From an uncultured Chloroflexia bacterium (lineage in GTDB: Bacteria > Chloroflexota > Limnocylindria > Limnocylindrales > CSP1-4), in assembly GCA_963708015.1 (NCBI GenBank), contig OY970185.1:127139-191138 (forward strand): a DNA stretch of 64,000 nt. Reading direction: 5' to 3'. The position numbers were made by a program, and so were the translations under genes. Below are positions 19,081 to 29,237 of this stretch, in pieces; the stretch's first letter is position 1; each line of letters begins with the position of its first letter. The notes under the pieces were generated by a model. The model had not been told where the DNA came from and ran no database searches. It saw only the letters and a program-made list of their open reading frames with translations.

Positions 19081-19288
19081 GGGCTGTCTTTCCCTTTGTG
19101 TTGAACGTGCCCGCGGTCGTCGGGAGGGGGCTAGTCGGGCGGCCGACGACCCTTGGCTCACGGGTGTGTGCCAATAGGGTACGTCCGGCACCCGAAAGGT
19201 CGTCCGCATGCCTCCCAACAGGCCATTTGGTTCTAGTGCCACGGCGTGGGAGGGGCGCAGGCTTCAATGACGAAGTTAGGAGTTCGTC

Positions 19289-19693
19289 ATGACAGTCGCC
19301 GTCGACCACAAGGCCACGACCCCATTCAATGAGGACATTCTCGCTCGGACGATGCGCAACGCGGACTTTCGCGAGGTCATCGCGACCGGGCCGCACGCGC
19401 AGGTCGTCGTGATGTCCATCCCGCCTGGTGGTGACATCGGCGAAGAGGTCCACGACGATGTCGATCAAGTTCTGGCCTTCGTCGAAGGTCAGGGCATCGC
19501 CGTTCTGGACGGACGACGCAGCGGGGTCTCGGCTGGTCGCCTCGTCCTCGTCCCGGCCGGCACCCGCCACAACTTCCTCAACGAGAGCTCAGTCGACCTG
19601 AAGCTCTACACGGTCTATACGGCACCCAAGCACGCGCCTGGAACGATCCACCGGACCAAGGCAGACGCCGAAGCCGACGAAGGCAAGGACTAA
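19289..19693 (+). CDS. Cupin domain protein
   Basis: QVVVMSIPPGGDIGEEVH..VDQ...VPAGTRHNF...KLYTVY.APKH; AGGAG RBS. Confidence 0.9.
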   Translation: MTVAVDHKATTPFNEDILARTMRNADFREVIATGPHAQVVVMSIPPGGDIGEEVHDDVDQVLAFVEGQGIAVLDGRRSGVSAGRLVLVPAGTRHNFLNESSVDLKLYTVYTAPKHAPGTIHRTKADAEADEGKD

Positions 19694-19802
19694 CCCGGGC
19701 CGAATTCCAGCCAGCACTCGACAGGCGACTGCCGGCAACACGAACAGCACGGCGGAGTCGTCGTGAGGAGCCCCTGGCAGCTCGTGCGATGATCTCCGCC
19801 TG

Positions 19803-20861
19803 ATGGATGCGCTCCAAAGCAGGCCGGCGTTCCTGCCCGTGGCCGACGCCCGTCGGCCCCGGATCGGTCGGGCCATCATCGGCGCCTTCCTCGCCGCCGG
19901 CCTGTTCGAGCTCTTTGCCCTTGGGGTGAAGGAGTTCGGGCCGCTCGGCAACCAGGCACCCTGGATGGACGATCCGTTCGACGTCGTGACCTCGTTCGCG
20001 ATCTTCTTCCTGCCGATCGTCGGTGCCTTCTCGGCAGTCCGCCTGGCGCTTTGCCGACGCTTCGAGCCACTGCCCCGGAGCCGCCTCGATGACCTCTTCC
20101 ACGGCTGCGTCGTCCTGATTGGCGTGGCCTTCGTGACCGCGGGCTCCGATTGGATTGCCCTGATCCGGGGCGTTGATCACGCGTTCTGGAGCCCGGTCAC
20201 GGAGCTCCTCGTCGCCGTCCTGGCTGTGCTCACCGCTGGGCTGACCCTCGCCTTTGCAGGCCTGGCGACCGAAATCCGTCGATTGCCCACGCTCGAACGC
20301 TCCGAACCCGTCGGCCCGGATTGGCTGGCCGACGCGAGCGAGTTGGCGATCCGGGTGAGCGGACGCCTTGGGCCCTTCGAGCGGCTCACCACCCGAGTGG
20401 TGCGGGCCGTCGACTCGGGGGCCTGGGCATGGGTCCGACGCCGCCCGATCGCTGCGGCAGTGGTCGTTGCGGCCGGGTTCGCCGCCCTCTTCGATGTCGG
20501 CGCTCTCCGGGAGGGCACTTCGTTCGAGCTCGTGGTCTTCGTGTTCGTCGTGGCCTGGTGCGGGATGTTCGCCTTCCTGCTGGCCAGCGGGTCCTACCTC
20601 GGGCTCGTGCGCTCGCCCAAGGTCGTCAGCGGCGCTCGGAGGCGCCTGCTCGACGCCACGCTCCTTGGTTGTGCCAGCGTCCCGATCACGTTGGCATTCA
20701 GGGACTCGCTCTGGGGGTTGGTCGGGAGCTCAACCGTCGCAGCAGGCCTTGCCGAGCTCGATCAGCTCCTGATCCTCGTGGCAGCTTCAGTGGTCGGGCT
20801 GACGTTTCTAGTCGAGACGATCGCTCGGATCCACGAACGAACTGCTCGAACCTCCATCTAG
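19803..20861 (+). CDS. Hypothetical multi-pass membrane protein
   Basis: 352-aa ORF with ~8 hydrophobic segments; PWMDDPFDVVTSF. Confidence 0.65.
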   Translation: MDALQSRPAFLPVADARRPRIGRAIIGAFLAAGLFELFALGVKEFGPLGNQAPWMDDPFDVVTSFAIFFLPIVGAFSAVRLALCRRFEPLPRSRLDDLFHGCVVLIGVAFVTAGSDWIALIRGVDHAFWSPVTELLVAVLAVLTAGLTLAFAGLATEIRRLPTLERSEPVGPDWLADASELAIRVSGRLGPFERLTTRVVRAVDSGAWAWVRRRPIAAAVVVAAGFAALFDVGALREGTSFELVVFVFVVAWCGMFAFLLASGSYLGLVRSPKVVSGARRRLLDATLLGCASVPITLAFRDSLWGLVGSSTVAAGLAELDQLLILVAASVVGLTFLVETIARIHERTARTSI

Positions 20862-20891
20862 GAGGATCCGCTCCGCCAGATCAGGCCGAAA

Positions 20892-21311
20892 TCAGCGGAT
20901 GCCGGTGTCGTACTCGAGATCGACCCGCTCGGTCGCTCCAGGAACGGCGAGGGTCACCGTCACCGGCGCGGGCGCCCACATGAATCCTGCGACCGGTTGG
21001 GCGGTGATCGCAAAGGTGCCCGTCTCGCCGATGGTCAGCAGATACGAGCCGTCTGCGCCAGTCGTCGAGCGCGCCACTGCCCGACCACCGGCATCGACCG
21101 CCTCGATCACGGCGCCGACGACCGGGCGCGGGGCGCAGGACGGATCGGGTGGGTTCCGCTCGACCGGACAGACCGGCCCGGCCGTGACGACGCCGGTCAC
21201 GCTCGGCGGCGGTCCTGCGGGACTAACGATCGGCGACGGGCCGGCCGTACCACTGGGCGCAGTGCAGCCCAGCAGCACCATCCCGCCGAGTAGGAGCCCG
21301 AGCGCCTTCAT
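20892..21311 (-). CDS. Lipoprotein with carboxypeptidase-regulatory-like domain
   Basis: Lipobox VLLGC; GPVCPVE...C.PRPV.GA; TGADGSY; YDTGIR. Confidence 0.8.
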   Translation of the reverse strand: MKALGLLLGGMVLLGCTAPSGTAGPSPIVSPAGPPPSVTGVVTAGPVCPVERNPPDPSCAPRPVVGAVIEAVDAGGRAVARSTTGADGSYLLTIGETGTFAITAQPVAGFMWAPAPVTVTLAVPGATERVDLEYDTGIR

Positions 21312-21319
21312 GCCCTGAT

Positions 21320-21345
21320 GACGCTCGGCAGGCCCTGAACGTTGC
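21320..21345 (-). promoter_or_regulatory. Putative ECF-sigma promoter (leaderless)
   Basis: GCAAC-N17-CGTC, 8 nt before ATG of the lipoprotein gene. Confidence 0.45.
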
Positions 21346-21624
21346 CTGGGCGCAGACGGTCTCTCGCCCGTCCGGAGAGGGCGGCGGCCCGGACTTGTGG
21401 CTCGCACCCGAGGCTGCCACCGACCAGGATTCCGAACCACACGAGTGGCTACTGGCGGGGGTCCGAACGATTGACGAGCCCCGAAGCTGGTGCAAGCATG
21501 TCTGGTCCGGGCTAGATAAGAGTGGTTCCCGAAGCGTTTACGCACGTTCCGGCCGAAATCGGCCGTTTGCGACGCTCGATCGGTCCCTCTCGAAACAGGG
21601 TCAGGGGCGTCGCCCAGCCTAGGG

Positions 21625-24600
21625 GTGACGTTTCCGGTGCCACGACGCAACGCTATCTCAACCGACGGCCGGTCCAGCCGGTTCCTGGTCGCGGTCTCGA
21701 TCATCGCCCTCCTTGGGTTGCTGCCGTTCACGACTGTCGCGGCTAGCCTCGGGGGCCCCTCGCTATCGACGGCCCCGGTCCCCTCGGCAGAAGAGCCGGC
21801 GACCTCCACTGACCCGGCGATCGAGCCGGCGACGCCACCGAACCCGGCTGCGCTGCCCAACCCGGACCAGGTGCCGCTGGTCGCGGTGACGGCGTCCGGC
21901 ACGGGTGCGCGGCTCGTGATCAGCGCTCCCAAGCAGGTCGCGGTTGGTCAGACGATCACGATCGCCATCAAGGCCATCGGCGTGAAGGATCTCGCGGGCT
22001 ACGAGGGCGTGCTTCGGTTCGACCCGGCGGCCGCCGAGTTCGACGGTCTGTCCCAGCGTTCGATCGCCCTGGCCGGGCTCGGCCGCGACGTCGAGCCGCT
22101 CGGCCCGGTCGTCATCCCGTCCGGGGTCGCCTTCGGCGTCTACTCCTGCAGCCTGGTCGGCTGCGGCGGGACGCAGAGCACGAAGACCCACGCGGGAGCC
22201 ACAGGTTCGGTCAGCCTGGCCAAGCTGACCCTGGTGCCGACGGTCGCCGGCCGGCTCGCGATCGCCTTCGGCTCGATGCGCTTCGTCGATGCGAGCGGCA
22301 AGCTCATGACGATCGCTCTGCCCAGAACGATCAGCGTCCAGGTGGGCGCGGGCTCCAAAGCCTACACGGCACCTCTTGCCCCCACCCTTCGTCCCAGCCC
22401 GGCGCACGCGGTCACGAGCGCCGATATCAGCGGCGATGGGTTCGTCGGCCCCGCCGATCTCAATATTGCGACGATCGCTTGGGGGCTCGCGCGCGAAGCG
22501 GACAAGAGCTGCGGCCTCGTCGACGAACCGGCCGACGTCAATCACGATGGTTGCCTCGATGTCCAGGACCTCGAGCTGATCGCTGCCCGGGTTGCACCCC
22601 GCCCGGCGCCGCTCGCCAGCCACCTCGCCGAGCCCCTTGTGGCCCTCGATCTGACCGTCGACTCCACCTCCGATGCTCCCGACGCGAAGCCCGGCGATGG
22701 GATCTGCGCGACGGCGGCAGCCGTCTGCTCGCTCCGCGCCGCGATCACCGAGGCCAACCTCCATCCCGGTCCGGACACGATTCTGTTCAACATCCCGGGA
22801 GCCGGGGTCCACACGATCACCCTCGGCAGCACGTTGCCGATCATCAGCGACACGACCGGTGGCGTGACGATCGACGGCTACAGCCAGCCGGGCGCAAGCC
22901 CCAACACCGACCCGGTCATTGACAACGCCCAGCTGATGATCCAGCTGACCTCAGCCCCCAACCCAAACCTGGACGCAATCTTCGTCAGCTCGGCGAACAA
23001 CGAGATCCGCGGGCTGTCGATGTACAACTTCCGCCGCTCGATCTCATTCGAGACATCGAGTGCGCATGACAATAGCGTCATCGGCAGCTTCATCGGCACG
23101 AATGCGGCGGGCGCCTACTTCTCGCCCACGTTCGTGAGCGGCGGCAACGGGATCAACGTCACCACGGGCGCCAGCTACACGACCGTGGGGGGCACCGACC
23201 CGGCCAGCCGCGATGTGCTCACGGGCAACTCGGCGAACGGGTTCTCGACCTATAACGAGCAGAGCGACCACAACACGGTCTACGGCAACCTCATCGGCCT
23301 GGCGCCCAACGGCCAGTCGATCCGGACCTGCAGCCTCCAGTGCTACGGCAATATCGCCCATGGCGTCGATATCAACAGCGGATCGTCGTACAACCTGATC
23401 GGCGGGACCGGCACCGGCCAGCGCAACGTCATCTCGAACAATCACGGAGAAGGAATCGAGTTCTCCCACGGCTCCACGACCGACAGCAACCAGGCCGTGG
23501 GCAACTACATCGGCACCGACGTCACCGGCAATGCCGGCGCGGCCAACAAGTTCGGCAACGGCCTGAATGGCGTCCATCTCCAGGACGCGGTGACCGACGA
23601 TACGGTCGCCTTCAACGTCGTCGTCAACAACGGCCAGCGGGCGGACGGCTCGGAGGTCATGGGCGGGATCGGGGTCGAGGGCTTCTATGCCGCCGGCGCT
23701 TCGATCCACGACAACATGATCGGGGTTGGCCGTGACGGTGTGACGCCGCTGCCCAACAAGTTCTTCGGCGTCGACATCCACTTCAACGCGAGCTGGATGA
23801 TGGTCGGCCCGAACAACGTGATCGCCAACAACCCGACCGGTGTCATCGTCAGCGATGCGAGCGATGTCTTCAACACGATCACCCACAACTCGATCTACAA
23901 CAACGGATCGAGCAAGACGGGCCGGGGCATCCAGCTCCTCAACCACTCGAACCACTCGGTCGCACCGCCCGTCCTCGGCCCAACGGGCGTGTCACTGACC
24001 GCGGCGACGGGGACGGCCTGCGCCGGCTGCACGGTGGAGGCCTTCCTTGCCGCCCCGGATGCCGCCGACGCGAGCGCCGGCCTGGCCGGCCAGGGCAAGG
24101 TCTTCCTCGGCAGCACGATCGTGCCCGCCAGCGGCGCCTTCACGGTTGGCCTCAAGCCGACGTTGGCGGCCGGGACGAAGGTGACCGCCACGGTCACCGA
24201 CGGCGCCGGTGAGACGTCCCAGTTCAGCACGAACGTCGCCGCGGCCGCGATCCAGGCGCCGACTCCCCCGCCCACGCCCCTGCCAACCCCCAAGCCCACC
24301 GTTACGACGTACGTCGCCGACACCTTCACCCGGAGCCTGACCAGCACGTGGGGCCGGGCGGACATCGGCGGCAACTACGCCGGTTTCTACTGCACCAACG
24401 TCGATATGAACGTCACGGGCACGGTCGCGACCGTTCTCGTCCCGGATCCGCACCACCCGACGAGCTGCACCGATCCGGTCACCGTCAATACGGACTATCG
24501 GGGCGGCTACCTGACCAACGTCAGTGCCGAGAACGTCGATGTCCGCTTCCGCGTCTCGACCGCCACCCTGGCCACGTCGGACAACATCAACGTTGGCTTC

Positions 24601-26382
24601 GATGTCCGGCGCGTCTCGGGCTTCACCTCCTATCGCGGGCAGGTCCGGCTCACGCCGACGAACCAGGTTTGGCTCCAGGCTGATGCAGTCGTCCACGACA
24701 ACATGACTCCGCTCGGGACGAGCCTCCGGGCTCATGCGGCGAGCGTCGCCGCCAACTCGTTCATCTGGGTCCGGGGCCAGGTCACCGGGACGAACCCCAC
24801 GACGATCAAGTTGAAGGCGTGGAACGACGGGACCCCTGAGCCCAGCGCCTGGGACTACAGCACGACGGACTCCACCGGCGTACTCCAGGCGCCCGGGGCG
24901 GCGGGTCTGCTGGCCTGGCTGGCGCCGGCCTGGAACCAGGGTCCGATCACCGTCAGCTTTGACGACTTCAACGTCACCTCGCCGATCGGCGACACCGTCC
25001 CCACGGCCCCGATCGCCAACTTCAGCGCGGTCCAGACCTCCGGGACCCTCGCCATGAAGTTCACCGACACCTCGACCGGCGGCGCGCCGACCTCGTGGTG
25101 GTGGGACTTCGGCGACGGCTCTGGATCGACCAGCCAGAACCCGAGCCACACGTACTCCGCGCCGGGTAGCTACCAGGTCAAGCTGATCGCCACGAACAAT
25201 GGTGGCTTCACCTCGAAGACCAGCACGGTCACCGTCAGTCCCCCGCCCGGGCCGTCATCCACGTATCACACCCTGGCCCCGGCCCGGATTCTCGACACCC
25301 GCGCCGGGACTGGCCTGGCCGGCAGGTTCGTGAGCACGGTCCCGCGCTCGTTTGCCGTGGCCGGTGCCGGGGGCGTCCCGGGCAACGCGGTCGCGGTGAC
25401 CGGCAACCTGACCGTGACCGGCCAGACCACAGGCGGCTACGTCAGCCTGACGACGAGCGCCCAGAGTCACCCGGCCACCTCGACCCTGAACTTCCCGCTC
25501 GGTGACAGCCGGGCGAACGGGGTGACGGTGGCCCTGGCCAGTGGCCACCTCTGGGCGACGTACGTCGGCGGCACGTCCGCCACGACCAACCTCGTCTTCG
25601 ACGTGACCGGCTACTTCACGCCCGACCTGAAGGGCGACACGTATCACACCCTGGCCCCGGCCCGGATTCTCGACACCCGCGCCGGGACTGGCCTGGCCGG
25701 CAGGTTCGTGAGCACGGTCCCGCGCTCGTTTGCCGTGGCCGGTGCCGGGGGCGTCCCGGGCAACGCGGTCGCGGTGACCGGCAACCTGACCGTGACCGGC
25801 CAGACCACAGGCGGCTACGTCAGCCTGACGACGAGCGCCCAGAGTCACCCGGCCACCTCGACCCTGAACTTCCCGCTCGGTGACAGCCGGGCGAACGGGG
25901 TGACGGTGGCCCTGGCCAGTGGCCACCTCTGGGCGACGTACGTCGGCGGCACGTCCGCCACGACCAACCTCGTCTTCGACGTGACCGGCTACTTCACGCC
26001 CGACCTGAAGGGCGACACGTATCACACCCTGGCCCCGGCCCGGATTCTCGACACCCGCGCCGGGACTGGCCTGGCCGGCAGGTTCGTGAGCACGGTCCCG
26101 CGCTCGTTTGCCGTGGCCGGTGCCGGGGGCGTCCCGGGCAACGCGGTCGCGGTGACCGGCAACCTGACCGTGACCGGCCAGACCACAGGCGGCTACGTCA
26201 GCCTGACGACGAGCGCCCAGAGTCACCCGGCCACCTCGACCCTGAACTTCCCGCTCGGTGACAGCCGGGCGAACGGGGTGACGGTGGCCCTGGCCAGTGG
26301 CCACCTCTGGGCGACGTACGTCGGCGGCACGTCCGCCACGACCAACCTCGTCTTCGACGTGACCGGCTACTTCGCCAAGTAG
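21625..26382 (+). CDS. Large secreted surface protein: cohesin-like, dockerin-like, CSLREA, right-handed beta-helix, Ig/lectin-like, PKD, three 'RILDTR' domains
   Basis: Signal peptide; [11 protein letters not shown]...[13 protein letters not shown]; paired loops [12 protein letters not shown] and [12 protein letters not shown]; GDGICAT...[11 protein letters not shown]; GNLIGL/GNYIGTD repeats; SWWWDFGDG...QNPSHTY. Confidence 0.85.
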   Translation: MTFPVPRRNAISTDGRSSRFLVAVSIIALLGLLPFTTVAASLGGPSLSTAPVPSAEEPATSTDPAIEPATPPNPAALPNPDQVPLVAVTASGTGARLVISAPKQVAVGQTITIAIKAIGVKDLAGYEGVLRFDPAAAEFDGLSQRSIALAGLGRDVEPLGPVVIPSGVAFGVYSCSLVGCGGTQSTKTHAGATGSVSLAKLTLVPTVAGRLAIAFGSMRFVDASGKLMTIALPRTISVQVGAGSKAYTAPLAPTLRPSPAHAVTSADISGDGFVGPADLNIATIAWGLAREADKSCGLVDEPADVNHDGCLDVQDLELIAARVAPRPAPLASHLAEPLVALDLTVDSTSDAPDAKPGDGICATAAAVCSLRAAITEANLHPGPDTILFNIPGAGVHTITLGSTLPIISDTTGGVTIDGYSQPGASPNTDPVIDNAQLMIQLTSAPNPNLDAIFVSSANNEIRGLSMYNFRRSISFETSSAHDNSVIGSFIGTNAAGAYFSPTFVSGGNGINVTTGASYTTVGGTDPASRDVLTGNSANGFSTYNEQSDHNTVYGNLIGLAPNGQSIRTCSLQCYGNIAHGVDINSGSSYNLIGGTGTGQRNVISNNHGEGIEFSHGSTTDSNQAVGNYIGTDVTGNAGAANKFGNGLNGVHLQDAVTDDTVAFNVVVNNGQRADGSEVMGGIGVEGFYAAGASIHDNMIGVGRDGVTPLPNKFFGVDIHFNASWMMVGPNNVIANNPTGVIVSDASDVFNTITHNSIYNNGSSKTGRGIQLLNHSNHSVAPPVLGPTGVSLTAATGTACAGCTVEAFLAAPDAADASAGLAGQGKVFLGSTIVPASGAFTVGLKPTLAAGTKVTATVTDGAGETSQFSTNVAAAAIQAPTPPPTPLPTPKPTVTTYVADTFTRSLTSTWGRADIGGNYAGFYCTNVDMNVTGTVATVLVPDPHHPTSCTDPVTVNTDYRGGYLTNVSAENVDVRFRVSTATLATSDNINVGFDVRRVSGFTSYRGQVRLTPTNQVWLQADAVVHDNMTPLGTSLRAHAASVAANSFIWVRGQVTGTNPTTIKLKAWNDGTPEPSAWDYSTTDSTGVLQAPGAAGLLAWLAPAWNQGPITVSFDDFNVTSPIGDTVPTAPIANFSAVQTSGTLAMKFTDTSTGGAPTSWWWDFGDGSGSTSQNPSHTYSAPGSYQVKLIATNNGGFTSKTSTVTVSPPPGPSSTYHTLAPARILDTRAGTGLAGRFVSTVPRSFAVAGAGGVPGNAVAVTGNLTVTGQTTGGYVSLTTSAQSHPATSTLNFPLGDSRANGVTVALASGHLWATYVGGTSATTNLVFDVTGYFTPDLKGDTYHTLAPARILDTRAGTGLAGRFVSTVPRSFAVAGAGGVPGNAVAVTGNLTVTGQTTGGYVSLTTSAQSHPATSTLNFPLGDSRANGVTVALASGHLWATYVGGTSATTNLVFDVTGYFTPDLKGDTYHTLAPARILDTRAGTGLAGRFVSTVPRSFAVAGAGGVPGNAVAVTGNLTVTGQTTGGYVSLTTSAQSHPATSTLNFPLGDSRANGVTVALASGHLWATYVGGTSATTNLVFDVTGYFAK
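25260..26373 (+). repeat. Perfect tandem repeat, 378-bp period, about 2.95 copies
   Basis: ACGTATCACACCCTGGCC at 25261, 25639 and 26017; units identical as read. Confidence 0.95.
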
Positions 26383-26431
26383 GAGGGCCTGTCGACGATG
26401 CCGCTCTGTCTCGTGGTCCCGTAGGAGCCGG

Positions 26432-27433
26432 ATGAGGTGGCCGGGCGTCGGAAGGACGCGGTTTGCGCTGAACAGCCTGGTTGCCGTGGTGGTGGCCGGC
26501 GCCATCGTGGTCGCCGCGGTTGTCTCGCTCCATCCGCGGCTGTGGCTGTTCTCGGATAGCTCGACGCCCGGCGGGCCCGCGCTCGGCGAGGTCACGTTCC
26601 CGCCGCTCCCCAGCCAGACCCCTTCGCCGACGGTGGCGCCGAGCCTCGGCCCGTCCCCGCTGGACGGGCTTCCGCCATCGCTGGCGCCCTCACCGACGCC
26701 GGTGCCCACGGGCTCAACCGGGATCCCGACAACGGGGCCGACACCGGTACCGACGCCAGTGCCAACGCCTGTTCGAACGCCGCTCCCAACCCCGACTCCG
26801 ACGCCCGTTCCGACGCTCGCTCCGACGCCGGTTCCGACTCCCGTCCCGACACCCGTCCCGAGCCCGGTCCCGAGCCCGACCCCGGGCCCGCCTGCAACCC
26901 TGACCGTGGTCGGGAGCACAGGCGACCTCACGTCCGGCGGCTCTGCCGGGACCATTACCGCGACGGTTCGTGATGCGCTGGGCGATCTGCTGGCGGGACA
27001 AGTGGTCAGCTTCAGCGCAGTGGCCGGCCCCGGCACGGTCACCGGTCTGGGCGGGACCACAACCAACGGCTCGGGCGTTGCCACCGTCACGGTGGTCGGG
27101 AGCCTGGCCGGCCCGATCACGATCGAAGCGCGCACTGCCAACGTGGGCGCGACGCTGACGCAGACCGTCGTCGCCGGGGCGCTCGACCACATCATCCTTA
27201 CCCCGAGCTCGGTCTCGGTGGCAGCTGGCCAGGCCCAGGCCTTCGTGACTCGTGCCGACGACGCGGCAGGAAACCTGATCGGCGACGTGTCTGCGGCAGC
27301 GGTCTTGCAGATCAGCCCCGACGGCACATGCGGGACGGGGACGTGCACGGCACCCAGGCGCGGGTTGTATACGGTTACGGCGAGCTACTCGGGTCTCGTC
27401 GCAACGGCGAGCATGCGTGTCCGCCACCAATAA
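26432..27433 (+). CDS. Membrane-anchored protein with Pro/Thr linker and Big_1 (invasin-type) Ig domain
   Basis: N-terminal TM; PTPVPT repeats; [21 protein letters not shown]...[10 protein letters not shown]; AGGAG RBS. Confidence 0.75.
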   Translation: MRWPGVGRTRFALNSLVAVVVAGAIVVAAVVSLHPRLWLFSDSSTPGGPALGEVTFPPLPSQTPSPTVAPSLGPSPLDGLPPSLAPSPTPVPTGSTGIPTTGPTPVPTPVPTPVRTPLPTPTPTPVPTLAPTPVPTPVPTPVPSPVPSPTPGPPATLTVVGSTGDLTSGGSAGTITATVRDALGDLLAGQVVSFSAVAGPGTVTGLGGTTTNGSGVATVTVVGSLAGPITIEARTANVGATLTQTVVAGALDHIILTPSSVSVAAGQAQAFVTRADDAAGNLIGDVSAAAVLQISPDGTCGTGTCTAPRRGLYTVTASYSGLVATASMRVRHQ

Positions 27434-27753
27434 TCGAAGGGCACGACCTACGAAGCCAACTCATGCGTACGCCTCGAGGCACCCGACCGCGTTGCGGCGG
27501 TCCTCGTAACGACGAGGTGGGCCCCGCCAGGGAATCCGCCAGCTCGTGGAACGGGCGGCCTCCGCGCTTCTCATATTCGTCTCAGGGTCGGATGCGATGT
27601 TCTTCGGGCTCCCGGCTGATCTTTGCATTCGGTCGGCCGGGAGCAGCTCCGGGTGGCTCTCATCCCTGGAGCGAGCGCCCTCGGCCGGTCGCCAAGTGCG
27701 GGCCGGGGGCGCATCTGTTTCGATCACCCGCTCGAGGCCCAGCCGCGTAAACC

Positions 27754-29034
27754 TCAGCCCGGATGCCGGCCGCCGGCCCAGTGCGTGCGCGACGGCGGCG
27801 GATCGGCATCATGCTCGAACTCCGGCGCATCGGGCGTTAGCTCGGCGGCCCGGCGGCCGTAGAACTGCGCGAGTGGACCCGCGCTCAGGCCGTGGGCGAT
27901 CACCGAAAGCAGGACCGTCCAGATCACCGCGCCGAGCAACGGACCCGTTGGCACGCCCGCCTCCTGGAGCCCCTCGAGGCCGATTACCAGGAACACGATC
28001 GAGGCAAGACCACGCGGCCCGAACCAGCCCACGAACAGGACCGTCGGACGGGCGAAGCGCATCCCCAAGAGAGCAACGGCGACCGGGAGCATCCGAAAGA
28101 CGGTCAGGCTCAGGACGGCATACACGATCGAGGCCGGATCCCACAGGTCGCCCAGCCGGCCGGCCACGAGCAAGCCGAACGCGACCCAGACCGCGATCGC
28201 GAGGAGCGATCCCTGGGTCTCGGTGAAGCGGACCGCACCCTCCTCCAGCCCCAGGCTGCCCCGGCCATAGGCCAGGCCGCCCACGAAGGCGGCGATGAAC
28301 CCGTTGCCGCCGGCGGCCACGGACACGAGATAGCAGCTCGCTGCCAGGGCGAGCACGAAGAGCTGGCGGGAGACTGGCGATGTCCAGTGGGCCCGATCGG
28401 CCCGACGAAGCAGGAAGCCACCCGCCAGGCCGACAACGAGGCCGACGACCAGGCCGAGGCCCGTCTCCTGGACAGCCTCCAGGATCCAGTCCCTGCCGGT
28501 CGTCGCCTCGGCGGCCGCGAGGGCCAGGGCCAGGATCACGAAGGGCGTCGCAAGCCCGTCGTTCAGGCCACTTTCGATGTTGAGCATCCGCCGGATCCGA
28601 GCCGGAACGACCGGGTTCGTGACGACCGCCTGTCCGAGCGCGGCGTCCGTCGGTGCCAGTGCTGCCCCGATCAGGAGCGCGACGCCGGGTTCGATCCCCT
28701 GGAACAGGACGAGCGCGGCGATCGTGCCCAGGGCGAGGGTCAGCAGGAACCCGACGATCAGGAGGCGCGCCGTGGGCACGAGGTCCCGTTCGAGCGCCCG
28801 GGCCGGGATCGTCGAGGCGTCGGCGAAGAGCAGCAGGGCGAGGGTCGCCGCGGCAAGGACCCTGACCGGCTCGGCCCGAGGCTCGAACGAGATCGGCCCG
28901 AGTACGTCGTCTGAGAGCAGGATCCCGATCGCGACGAAGGCCAGGGCCGGTCCGACTGACAGCCGCTCGAGCCGGGCTGCGACGAGCGCATAGCCAGCGA
29001 TCAGCAGGGCGATGATGGCCAGCCCGATTTCCAC
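27754..29034 (-). CDS. CPA1/NhaP-type cation:proton antiporter
   Basis: LLLFADA, LAPTDAALG, NIESGLNDG, GNGFIAAFVGG, GWFGPRGLAS. Confidence 0.9.
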   Translation of the reverse strand: MEIGLAIIALLIAGYALVAARLERLSVGPALAFVAIGILLSDDVLGPISFEPRAEPVRVLAAATLALLLFADASTIPARALERDLVPTARLLIVGFLLTLALGTIAALVLFQGIEPGVALLIGAALAPTDAALGQAVVTNPVVPARIRRMLNIESGLNDGLATPFVILALALAAAEATTGRDWILEAVQETGLGLVVGLVVGLAGGFLLRRADRAHWTSPVSRQLFVLALAASCYLVSVAAGGNGFIAAFVGGLAYGRGSLGLEEGAVRFTETQGSLLAIAVWVAFGLLVAGRLGDLWDPASIVYAVLSLTVFRMLPVAVALLGMRFARPTVLFVGWFGPRGLASIVFLVIGLEGLQEAGVPTGPLLGAVIWTVLLSVIAHGLSAGPLAQFYGRRAAELTPDAPEFEHDADPPPSRTHWAGGRHPG

Positions 29035-29237
29035 CTGGCGCTCAGCTCCGGTCCGGTCTCGTGGTCGAGGGCAGTATGAGCGCGGGCGGCCCCGTGGTTC
29101 CGGGGTCACGGCAGGGGCGACTCATGCGTCGCATAGGGCGGGTCGACTGGGGTCCTCCTGGCCGCTGGGCCTGGCGTTGCGATTCGAGGACCTGTTCTTA
29201 GCGGCCATTCCGAGGAGATCGACCGGATCATGGAGCG

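Noticed and set aside
21480-21640. Riboswitch (c-di-GMP or c-di-AMP) before the large surface protein
   Set aside because: A GAAA-loop-like hairpin is present but I could not find the conserved cores; needs an Rfam scan.
25260-26373. Possible CRISPR array or mobile-element repeats
   Set aside because: 378-bp in-frame protein domain repeats with no spacers and no cas genes.
26690-26890. Short imperfect CCGACGCCG-type repeats
   Set aside because: They encode a Pro/Thr linker; ordinary low complexity.
27461-27727. 88-aa ORF downstream of the antiporter
   Set aside because: No motif or RBS and atypical composition; cannot support.
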